Shown one piece after another: positions 28,202-36,454 of a stretch of DNA of 64,000 nucleotides. A model generated the notes under the pieces. The model saw only the letters and a list, made by a program, of their open reading frames with translations. It searched no databases and was not told where the DNA came from. The position numbers were made by a program, and so were the translations under genes. The DNA is from a virus. Within the stretch, counting starts at the first letter, position 1, and each line of letters opens with the position of its first letter. The DNA lies in the IMG/VR virus record IMGVR_UViG_3300042922_000850, positions 64,001 to 128,000 of that record. One strand, given 5' to 3'.

Positions 28202-28213
28202 GGAGGAAAGATT

Positions 28214-29104
28214 ATGGATTTATATTCAGTTGGACTAATGATTACTAAGCGGTGTAATTTCCATTGCGGGCATTGTATGTTTTCATGCAACGCAAAGGGT
28301 GACAATATGTCTGATGAGGTAATTAAAGCTGCAGGCTATTTTATTAGAGAAAATAACGTTGACCATGTAGCCATCTACGGCGGAGAACCATTTTTAAACA
28401 TCCCGCTCTTTGATAAAGTGCTTGACGAAGTTTATGATAGGGATATAGGATTTTTTGTGTCTACAAATGGGAGTTTTATGGGATCCAAGGCAAAAAGAGA
28501 GTATGTGTATAAACTGTTGTGTCGGATGAAAAACAATAGCTCTGAATTTACGGGCATCAGGGTATCAAACACCGTTTTTCATAATGCGTGTCGAACAGAA
28601 AAACAAAAGGCGTCTATCAAACAATTAAAATGGTGGATTAGTGATCCATATTCTTGGGTCGAAGATAATTATGACAGCTACGAAGAATGCTATGACGAAA
28701 ACCCTTTTGACTTTCCAAGGGGAAGGGGGTCATTATACATTGACCCGGAGAACGCGAGTGAAAAAATGAATCCTAGTGGGCGAGCTTTAAAACATGCTGA
28801 TATTCATGATAAAGCATGTCATTGTTCAATGACATGCAATACAAATGAGATTTATGACGAGTTTGAAATGAATATCAGTACGAACGGGGATATTTCAGTA
28901 TGTTGTTATTGCGACGGATGCGTTGTAGGAAATATACTAGAGGAAAATATTTGTCCAAGCGTAATATTCGAACGTACAAAGAAGCTGAATGAGTTTTTTA
29001 AAGAGAAGTATGATGTTCATCAAAAGACGAAGATGGTAGATATCTGCCAAATATGTAAGAAATACCGGATTGGACCAGATGGCATAAGAAAATATAGGAG
29101 GTAG
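28214..29104 (+). CDS. radical SAM protein with SPASM/twitch-like Cys-rich C-terminus
   Basis: CNFHCGHC, GGEPF, STNG; C-terminal NGDISVCC and CQIC. Confidence 0.9.
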   Translation: MDLYSVGLMITKRCNFHCGHCMFSCNAKGDNMSDEVIKAAGYFIRENNVDHVAIYGGEPFLNIPLFDKVLDEVYDRDIGFFVSTNGSFMGSKAKREYVYKLLCRMKNNSSEFTGIRVSNTVFHNACRTEKQKASIKQLKWWISDPYSWVEDNYDSYEECYDENPFDFPRGRGSLYIDPENASEKMNPSGRALKHADIHDKACHCSMTCNTNEIYDEFEMNISTNGDISVCCYCDGCVVGNILEENICPSVIFERTKKLNEFFKEKYDVHQKTKMVDICQICKKYRIGPDGIRKYRR

Positions 29105-29110
29105 TACATA

Positions 29111-29383
29111 GTGGCGATATACGAAATAACGATCACAAGAACAATTGAAGAGAAGCAAAAAATTTATGTTGAAAGCAGCACTGGGGTAATTCATAAGGTC
29201 CTCAGTAAACAAAATAATATCGACCAGAGTTTGGAGAGTTATGTTAAGAACGTTGGGAGAGAAATTGAAATATTAGATAAAGAGAAACCTAAGGTAAGAA
29301 AGCTCACAATGGGTTCAATATCACATTGGTGCAAACGAATTGGTCCAGGACAATATATTTGGAATGATGCACCGGGGAGGTAA
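29111..29383 (+). CDS. hypothetical protein
   Basis: AGGAGG RBS, GTG start. Confidence 0.6.
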   Translation: MAIYEITITRTIEEKQKIYVESSTGVIHKVLSKQNNIDQSLESYVKNVGREIEILDKEKPKVRKLTMGSISHWCKRIGPGQYIWNDAPGR

Positions 29384-29384
29384 T

Positions 29385-29597
29385 ATGACAAGAAAAGAAA
29401 TGTTTGTTAATTGGGCGGTAACTACTTCGGGTGTCTATTTTATAAATGTTATGATGTTTTCATTTACGAATGATATGATGGCCTTCAGAGCGATCAATCC
29501 CACCGCTTATACAGCTGTAGGCATAGGACAAATAATTGCCGATGTTATTTTAATAATAGCTCTTTCTCGTTATCTTTTTAAACGAAAGAGTAAATAA
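29385..29597 (+). CDS. small two-TM protein
   Basis: Start reassigned after GGAGG. Confidence 0.6.
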   Translation: MTRKEMFVNWAVTTSGVYFINVMMFSFTNDMMAFRAINPTAYTAVGIGQIIADVILIIALSRYLFKRKSK

Positions 29598-29639
29598 AAA
29601 TTTTAGGAATAAAAATATTCTGGTATAAGAAAGAAAAGG

Positions 29640-29711
29640 AAAGCAGTAGCTCAGATGGGAGAGCACCAGTATTAATACTGAGGGTGGCAGGTTCGATACC
29701 TGTCTGCTTTT
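29640..29711 (+). tRNA. tRNA-like RNA or pseudo-tRNA; anticodon undetermined (6-nt loop), no encoded CCA
   Basis: Acceptor AAAGCAG/CTGCTTT; D arm GCTC-AGATGGGA-GAGC; T arm GCAGG-TTCGATA-CCTGT; anticodon arm 16 nt. Confidence 0.8.
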
Positions 29712-29783
29712 GTTTTCATTGTTTTTAAAAAACAATGTATTTCTAGTATAAGGAATAAAACAAAACAAAGGAGGTTCATAAGT

Positions 29784-29996
29784 ATGAACGAGGAAGTATA
29801 CGAGACAACAGAAGAGGTAACAGAGGCAGTAGCAGGTATGGATGACAATCGAATAAAGATTGCAGTAGTAGCAGTAGCGGGGGTTGTATTATTAGCAGGA
29901 GCAGGTTTTACATGGCTGAAGTTAAGAAAGAAAAAGAAATTGGCAGTATCAGATGCAGACATCGATTTAGATGAAGTTGCAGCAGACGAACAATAA
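29784..29996 (+). CDS. small single-TM protein
   Basis: TM helix followed by LRKKKK. Confidence 0.7.
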   Translation: MNEEVYETTEEVTEAVAGMDDNRIKIAVVAVAGVVLLAGAGFTWLKLRKKKKLAVSDADIDLDEVAADEQ

Positions 29997-30093
29997 GGTT
30001 TAAGAACCGGGGGCATATGCCCTTGGTTCTTTTCTGCTAATTGAGCGGATTTTATTGTATAAGAAATAAAACAAATGAAAGGAGAATTAAAGT

Positions 30094-30279
30094 ATGGACG
30101 CAACAACAGATAAGAAAGTAGGAGAGGTATTAGTACAGACAATTGTATTAACTTCAAAAGAAGGAACATTAAAAGGATTTATCGCAGGATGTATTGTAAC
30201 AGGGATAGCAATAGGTGGTATTTATATTGCAAACAAACATGGAATAGCAATTAAAAGCTTCATCAAAGAAAAGATTTAA
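30094..30279 (+). CDS. small single-TM protein
   Basis: GFIAGCIVTGIAIGG. Confidence 0.65.
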   Translation: MDATTDKKVGEVLVQTIVLTSKEGTLKGFIAGCIVTGIAIGGIYIANKHGIAIKSFIKEKI

Positions 30280-30375
30280 ATATATAGGAGGCGCTTGCCT
30301 CCTATATTCTTTCTTTTGATGTTGAATTTTCTTGTATAAGAAATAAAAGAATAATAGATAATGGAGGATACGAGA

Positions 30376-30552
30376 ATGAGAAAGTTGATAAGAAGAAAAA
30401 TCAAAGAGACAATGGTAAGCGTAGGATTTAAGTTAGTAACTACAGTTATGGCACTTGTAATGACGGCAAAAGAGTTGTGGAATATGAGAGAAACCAGGAA
30501 AGACATTAATAAAATGAAAAGAATGTGGAGCGAATGGGCAAACGAAAAATAA
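30376..30552 (+). CDS. small basic cassette protein
   Basis: GGAGG RBS before ATG 30376. Confidence 0.6.
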   Translation: MRKLIRRKIKETMVSVGFKLVTTVMALVMTAKELWNMRETRKDINKMKRMWSEWANEK

Positions 30553-30581
30553 AGAAAAGAGGAGGCGTTGCCTCCTCTAAG

Positions 30582-31547
30582 TCATTTTTTTATTCCAAAT
30601 AAGCTACTAACATAATCGGATACATTCTTGCTAGCGACTATAGGGGCTCTTTTTTTGAAATTTTCTTCTGCTACTTGCTTTTCCATTTGGTCAGCAAGTT
30701 TTTTATCATAAACACCGCTATCACCATATTTTAAACCATAAGTTTCATAAGTTTTACCCTTCTGAAACTTCTTAGCGCCAGGATACATTTTTAAATATTT
30801 AGGGTCTGCAGTTTCTCCTGAAGTGGCCCGAAGTGCTTTATAGAAATTTCTTGTGTGCAAAGGAGCAACTGCAACATTAGCAGATTCCCTTGCAATTACT
30901 TTGGGAGATACGTGAGCACTATTGCCGATTTGCTCTGGCCGAAAATCATGTTTAATCATGCCATTCTTCTTGTTTTTTAATTTCTTCTCAACCTGTTGAG
31001 TAGCTCTGTTTTCATCTACTTCATGTCTAAGACTAATCGCCTTATTCCATTTATCAAAATCTTTTTTTACCGGTTTACTCATGCTAAAAACATGTTCTTT
31101 CTGATAAACATTATCTGCAAACTCTTGGTCAATTTTTGATTTTGATGGTGCATAAGCTACCCTGCTCTTCGACACAGATCCGGCACCGTCTTTTACTCCG
31201 GATATACTCCGAGAAGCGGCTTCAAAATTTACCTTCAGCGCTTTTTCAGCAGGATTAATACCCTTGCTTTTAAATTTTTGTTCGGCTACATATTCTGCAT
31301 TAGGCTTATGGATATCCTTAAACAGTGCTTTTCCATAAGTTAGTGGATTGGATGTTGTCTTAACCTTATAATCTTTAGCGATTGCTTTCGTTCCCTTTTC
31401 CAATCCCTTTAGTTCCCTGTTGTAATTTAGGATATTCTTTTTTACTAACTCTCTACGAGCAAGATCAGATAAAGTACCGAGTTCTCGTTTCCATGCTCTA
31501 CTGGCTTCTTTATAAATTAGTTCTTCATATGCTGCGATTTTATCCAT
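30582..31547 (-). CDS. basic protein with MDKIAAYEELIYKEA leader; putative virion-internal protein
   Basis: AAGGAG RBS; class II -10 at 31581-31590; LRHEVDE motif. Confidence 0.7.
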   Translation of the reverse strand: MDKIAAYEELIYKEASRAWKRELGTLSDLARRELVKKNILNYNRELKGLEKGTKAIAKDYKVKTTSNPLTYGKALFKDIHKPNAEYVAEQKFKSKGINPAEKALKVNFEAASRSISGVKDGAGSVSKSRVAYAPSKSKIDQEFADNVYQKEHVFSMSKPVKKDFDKWNKAISLRHEVDENRATQQVEKKLKNKKNGMIKHDFRPEQIGNSAHVSPKVIARESANVAVAPLHTRNFYKALRATSGETADPKYLKMYPGAKKFQKGKTYETYGLKYGDSGVYDKKLADQMEKQVAEENFKKRAPIVASKNVSDYVSSLFGIKK

Positions 31548-31689
31548 CTATACAAGTCTCCTTTGCTTGGGTTTAGAATAATTATATCACGACCTCGCCC
31601 ACAACGCACTTCACTGCATTTCACCGTACCCTTTATTCCATGCTCTTTTCTAGTATAAGAAATAAAACAATACATAGGAGGAAAATAGC

Positions 31690-32004
31690 ATGACAGAGGT
31701 AATGAAAGAAGCAATGAAAGAACTTGAAGTTTTAAGAAAGCAAGAAGAAAGAGTGAAGACAATAATTTTTAATGAACTGGCTGATAAAGATGGGCCAATG
31801 TTAGAAGAAGGGTTTACAATTCACGCAAAGAAATTTAGCAGTGTAGAAGTGGCAAAGCTTTTAGGAGTACACGTACATACATTACGCAGATGGATACAAT
31901 CTGGTAAATTAGTGGCAGAAACAGGAATGGGACCGCATGGAATACAAATACATGAATGGGCGTTAAAAGAGTTTATTAGAAAAAACAGAGAGGTTTTTAT
32001 TTAA
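31690..32004 (+). CDS. excisionase/MerR-like HTH protein
   Basis: FSSVEVAKLLGVHVHTLRRWIQSGKL. Confidence 0.8.
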   Translation: MTEVMKEAMKELEVLRKQEERVKTIIFNELADKDGPMLEEGFTIHAKKFSSVEVAKLLGVHVHTLRRWIQSGKLVAETGMGPHGIQIHEWALKEFIRKNREVFI

Positions 32005-32108
32005 AGAGGCAACCGCCTCTTTAAAATTTGTTGTTTTATTGTATAAGAAATAAAACAACAAATAATAGTAACAGAAAGTGGGGAATAATAAATAGGAGGA
32101 TACGTATT

Positions 32109-32216
32109 ATGGGAGTAATTAAAAGCGTAAACAAGCAAACGATTGTATTGGTAGTAATTGGATCAGCAATAGGATTTATTACAACTTTGGCAGCGGAAGC
32201 ATCCAGAAGAAAATAG
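32109..32216 (+). CDS. 35-aa single-TM peptide
   Basis: AGGAGG RBS. Confidence 0.55.
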   Translation: MGVIKSVNKQTIVLVVIGSAIGFITTLAAEASRRK

Positions 32217-32346
32217 GATAAGAGGAATTAGGGGAGAGTCAGCTCCCCTAAACCTTCGTCTTTTTGTCAAAAACTTATATTATAAAACCAGACAGGTTTC
32301 TAGTATAAGAAAGAAAAGAAGTATATAAGAAAGAAGGAGAGATAGT

Positions 32347-32697
32347 ATGAAAATGCAGAATGTAATTTTAGGAACAGTTGTAGTAGGGATAGCAATTATT
32401 GTAACAACAGCGGTAATAACGACAAAAGTTATAAAAAAGAAGGCAGGTGATAAGCAAACACCAGAACATCTGGAGGAGAGTGGTGAAGTATCTTTTTATA
32501 AAGAAAAGTTTAATATCGATACAGAGGCGGCAGAAGCAATCGCATCGACTATGGATATCGTCATGGCAGAATTAGAGGAAGCGGATAGACCGGCATCGAG
32601 AGAGAATTTAATCGAAGCAATACAAGATGAATTTAATATAGGGGTTAACCCGGAAGACATTGTGGATGCATACATAGCATATTGCAACATGGATTAG
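32347..32697 (+). CDS. N-anchored acidic protein
   Basis: N-terminal TM helix. Confidence 0.7.
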   Translation: MKMQNVILGTVVVGIAIIVTTAVITTKVIKKKAGDKQTPEHLEESGEVSFYKEKFNIDTEAAEAIASTMDIVMAELEEADRPASRENLIEAIQDEFNIGVNPEDIVDAYIAYCNMD

Positions 32698-32892
32698 AGG
32701 ATGAGGGACATTAAGTGTCCCTCAAATTTTCTTCATCTTATCGTATAAGTAATAAAAGAAAAAGGTGAATAGAAATAAATATATAAGATAGGCGCCTATT
32801 CACACCGCAGTTTGACAAAATGCGGTATATAATGTGCAGACAGCAATAGCAGACAAATATTTGTCTGACTTTTATTTTTAGGGGGTAATTTT

Positions 32893-33288
32893 ATGAAAAA
32901 AATGAAGACATTTATTCAAAATGAAAGGCTTAATTTGGGTGTAGGTATAGATACCGGTGAATGGCAGTTAACACCATCCTTTAGTATCTATTTTGAGAGA
33001 GATTGGTACAATAGCCGGCTAATCCAGTTTTCATGGCTCTGCTTCTTTATCGCCGGTGTAGTGTATAGTAAAGAGCATTTGCATGCACAGGCGATAAAAG
33101 ATATTGAAAAAACCAACTACCTTTTTACTAACAAAAAGGTAGTTGTAATGGCTAAGATTGCCACATATACATGGGAAGTCTTGCCGGTAATTGGATATGC
33201 CCAATTACCGGATAATCCCGAACACGGAACTATATTTGAAGTAACATGGTTATGTTTCACGTTCGGTGCATCTTTTTATAAACAATAA
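32893..33288 (+). CDS. family B protein with two WLCF repeats
   Basis: FSWLCF and VTWLCF. Confidence 0.7.
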   Translation: MKKMKTFIQNERLNLGVGIDTGEWQLTPSFSIYFERDWYNSRLIQFSWLCFFIAGVVYSKEHLHAQAIKDIEKTNYLFTNKKVVVMAKIATYTWEVLPVIGYAQLPDNPEHGTIFEVTWLCFTFGASFYKQ

Positions 33289-33413
33289 AGAGATAAAAGA
33301 GCGGGGGATTTTGCCCTAACTGGTTCACTTTTGAGGTACAAAATCAAAAATAAATATTTTAAAAGGTTAAATTAAAATTCAGGGCATTAATAAGTAGTGC
33401 AGATTGGAGAAAA

Positions 33414-33572
33414 ATGAACGTTGAAAGAATGGGAAAAAACTTTGAATTATGTATCAGAGACGAATCCAATCTTATAGTTGCATGGCAAGCGGGGATGTCA
33501 GAAGAAGATATTAATGATATGTTAAAAAGACATTTTGGATGGCGAAGAAGTCATGCATATGTAGAGAGCTAA
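33414..33572 (+). CDS. small hypothetical protein (52 aa, not in ORF track)
   Basis: GGAG RBS. Confidence 0.5.
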   Translation: MNVERMGKNFELCIRDESNLIVAWQAGMSEEDINDMLKRHFGWRRSHAYVES

Positions 33573-33667
33573 ACTGAAAAGTAGCGGTGGGTGAAAATAT
33601 ATTCTTCGCTCCTGAGTTTTTCCTTTTTCTGGTATAAGAAACAAAAGGATTAAAGGAGGATAATATT

Positions 33668-33811
33668 ATGAACGAAGCAAGTATGGGGTTAGACCAAGAA
33701 CAACGAATGAAAGAAGTTGAACGAAGAGTTCAGAACGAAATAAGTCACGGAGAGATTTTAACTGAGAAGGAATTTAACAGCATTATAGAGGATGTAATGA
33801 AAACAAATTGA
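33668..33811 (+). CDS. small cassette protein (47 aa, not in ORF track)
   Basis: AAAGGAGG RBS after class I motif. Confidence 0.6.
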   Translation: MNEASMGLDQEQRMKEVERRVQNEISHGEILTEKEFNSIIEDVMKTN

Positions 33812-33964
33812 GAGAGGAGCTTATGCTCCTTTTTAATTTCTTCTTTTTTTTGGTATAAGAAAGAAAATAAGAGAATGTAATGTAATTCTCTTAAGTTTGT
33901 TTTCATTTGTAACATAGGAAGTAAGACAAAAGAAAATATTAAATAATTCAAGGAGGATTCACAA

Positions 33965-34492
33965 ATGCAGATTTTAACAAAGGGAACAATGATTGCAACG
34001 GTTATCGTGTCAGGGGCAACAGCAGTAACATCTATAGTAGTATCCGCAAGAGAGAAAAAGAAATCAGGTAAACTTCTAAGTGAAATGTGTGATGCATATG
34101 AGGAGTTGTCAAAGAAAAATGCCGATATGAGCAAAACTATTGAGGCGAACAACGCTTTTATGTCTAGGGCGGAAAACGAACTTACAGAAAGAGCTAAGAA
34201 CATCCGTGAACTATCCAGAGATAAAGTTTCTCTCGAAGGAAAACTTACTATTGAGAAAAACATATCGAAAACGTCATTTAACAATGGATTTTCAGCAGGT
34301 GACGAAGCAGGATATGCTCGTGGTTATGAAACTGGATTTAAAGAAGGCAAGAAAGCCGGAGTAAAAGAAAGTAAGAAGATTGATAAGGAAACTACCGATA
34401 GCACAGCTGCTCCTGGTAAAGAACGCAAAAAGAGAGAAAGTAAGAGCACAGAGAGTAAGAATGTGGCTGGCGAAGAAACGTTGGGCAAATAA
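33965..34492 (+). CDS. N-anchored coiled-coil protein with GxxxG repeats
   Basis: GFSAGDEAGYARGYETGFKEGKKAG. Confidence 0.7.
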   Translation: MQILTKGTMIATVIVSGATAVTSIVVSAREKKKSGKLLSEMCDAYEELSKKNADMSKTIEANNAFMSRAENELTERAKNIRELSRDKVSLEGKLTIEKNISKTSFNNGFSAGDEAGYARGYETGFKEGKKAGVKESKKIDKETTDSTAAPGKERKKRESKSTESKNVAGEETLGK

Positions 34493-34503
34493 GGATAATG
34501 GGC

Positions 34504-34531
34504 TATCAGGAGGCTACATAGCCTCCTGATA
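34504..34531 (+). terminator. hairpin
   Basis: TATCAGGAGGCTA-CA-TAGCCTCCTGATA followed by TTTT. Confidence 0.7.
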
Positions 34532-34698
34532 TTTTGCTATGTCAATTTAGCAAAATGCTTTTATTTTTTACTTCTCGTATAAGAAAGAAAAGGGGGATAT
34601 TTTCTTCTTTTCTTTCTTGCTATCATGATTTTACAATGATAAAATAGAAAGAAAAATGCGTTACAAAGGGTAAAAATATTAATATAGGAGGCAAAATT

Positions 34699-34932
34699 GT
34701 GGAGAAACAAGTACCGGGTAATGAGCCAGTGGGAACAGGCTTTTTAAACACAGCTGATATACTGGGCAATCCCTGTGATATAAGAAACAGTTCAATTATG
34801 ACTGTTCTTTATTACTTACAAAACGCAACAAATTTTGTTATTTGTGACGAGCAAGGTAATAGATACTTGATATCTGAAACAAAGTATGAAAAAGAAACTG
34901 GATCAATACTATTAGAAATTAAAAGAAAGTAA
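34699..34932 (+). CDS. hypothetical protein
   Basis: AGGAGG RBS. Confidence 0.6.
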   Translation: MEKQVPGNEPVGTGFLNTADILGNPCDIRNSSIMTVLYYLQNATNFVICDEQGNRYLISETKYEKETGSILLEIKRK

Positions 34933-34944
34933 GGGAGATAAATT

Positions 34945-35925
34945 ATGATGACCTATGATGAATTTAAAGCAAATGTTTCAACGGATGTTCTTAATTATTT
35001 ACCAGGTGGAGCAGACGAATGGATAGCGGGAGTTAAACCTATCAGAAAGACAAACCAAATTCTTGATGGCCTTTTGATCTTAAGAACAAATCAGGAAACA
35101 GAGAAAGTGGCCTGCCCTATTATATATCTAGAGCAATGTTACAAATATATAAAAGAGGGTGCCCATTCATACGAAAACGTATTAGAGAGTATTGCTGATG
35201 GATACCTAAAGGAACTGAAGGCGCACGAACAGATTGTCGATAAAGCGGACATCTGTAAAGAAAGCGCATCCGATCATCTTTTTTGCACTGTAATTAACGT
35301 GGAAAAGAACGAGAAATTACTTGCCTGCACCCCCCATCAAATCAAACATGGCCTTGCGATTATTTGCAAGTGGCTTTTTAGCAAGGATGAGGATGGGTTA
35401 GTAACAGCTTTGGTCAATGAAGGCATTATGAAAGAGCAATTAAACATGGATGAGGATGAAATGTTTTCGCTTGCAATGAAGAATACAAAACGGATGTTCC
35501 CAACAAAGATCTGCCCTATCTGTGTGAGTGTTGAAAAAACATTGGAACGGATGGGAATGCCAAAAGAAATGATAAAGAAAGCAGTAAAAGAAATTACTCC
35601 AGAAAACGATATGTTTGTTGTCTCAAACGATATTGGGCAAAACGGAGCCATCAACTTTTTATATGATGAAACGTTACTTCGGTTATCAGATATAATGAAA
35701 GGTAATTTTTATATTCTGCCCTCTAGTATTCACGAAGTGATTGCAGTAAGAGATCCTAACAAATATACTGGGTATAGCGAACAAGTGGCACGGAATATGC
35801 TGGAAACGGTTATGGAGGTAAACAAGACCGAGGTTTCTGCCCCCGATTTTTTATCAGACAGCGTTTATTATTATGAATGGCTATCTGAGAAGATGACCAT
35901 AAAGAAAGCAAGCACACAACAATAA
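34945..35925 (+). CDS. DUF5688-like protein
   Basis: FYILPSSIHEVI, MEVN...FLSDSVYYY. Confidence 0.8.
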   Translation: MMTYDEFKANVSTDVLNYLPGGADEWIAGVKPIRKTNQILDGLLILRTNQETEKVACPIIYLEQCYKYIKEGAHSYENVLESIADGYLKELKAHEQIVDKADICKESASDHLFCTVINVEKNEKLLACTPHQIKHGLAIICKWLFSKDEDGLVTALVNEGIMKEQLNMDEDEMFSLAMKNTKRMFPTKICPICVSVEKTLERMGMPKEMIKKAVKEITPENDMFVVSNDIGQNGAINFLYDETLLRLSDIMKGNFYILPSSIHEVIAVRDPNKYTGYSEQVARNMLETVMEVNKTEVSAPDFLSDSVYYYEWLSEKMTIKKASTQQ

Positions 35926-35944
35926 TATTAAGGTAGGTGAAAGA

Positions 35945-36454
35945 ATGTTTCATATAGTAAAAACCTTAGTATACCGGGGAGTGGATATCTTCTTGGTACA
36001 GCAAGAAGAAGATGATAAAATCTATATCCCTAGAGATTGCATCAGAAAAGCTCTGCAATATGTTAATAGCGGACAAATATCGAAGATGCAATCTCGATAT
36101 AGCAAGATTTTTCAATCCGAGTACATCCGTGATTTTACACTGCAGGTTCCTGAGGGTGGAGTTGTAAATGGTACCGGGTTATACACTATACGAGGAATGG
36201 TTGAGGTGTGTTCCCATACACAAAAATTTAGAGCTGCAGATGCGCTCATGGATTTCTTAAAACATGAGTTAAATATCATGGGCGTGCAAGAGCTGTTCCC
36301 TGAAATTGCACAGATTCATCCGTTTACTGTTTTTGATAAAACAGAGCGGGAGTTATTAATACAAATCAATCTTCATATGTCCAAGATAGAGAAGATATTG
36401 GAAGATATCAAAGAGAGGTTAACTGAGGAGGATAATCATGGACAAACAGAATAA
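35945..36454 (+). CDS. BRO-N-like DNA-binding protein
   Basis: IYIPRDCIRKALQY...LYTIRGMVEVC. Confidence 0.5.
   Translation: MFHIVKTLVYRGVDIFLVQQEEDDKIYIPRDCIRKALQYVNSGQISKMQSRYSKIFQSEYIRDFTLQVPEGGVVNGTGLYTIRGMVEVCSHTQKFRAADALMDFLKHELNIMGVQELFPEIAQIHPFTVFDKTERELLIQINLHMSKIEKILEDIKERLTEEDNHGQTE

Larger units (their letters stand above)
21149..34591 (+). other. array of about 27 promoter-gene-hairpin mini-cassettes
   Basis: 27 class I motif copies, most followed by an RBS, a small ORF and a hairpin. Confidence 0.85.

Noticed and set aside
29666-29681. Ochre suppressor (TTA) or Leu(TAA) tRNA implying stop-codon recoding
   Set aside because: No 7-nt loop register is possible and there is no long variable arm; genes are intact under code 11, with TAA, TAG and TGA all used as stops.
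32812-32833. TTGACA...TATAAT sigmaA promoter
   Set aside because: The spacer is only 10 nt.
21149-34591. Classical integron with attC sites
   Set aside because: No integrase was seen, cassettes carry their own promoter motifs, and the hairpins lack consistent RYYYAAC/GTTRRRY ends.
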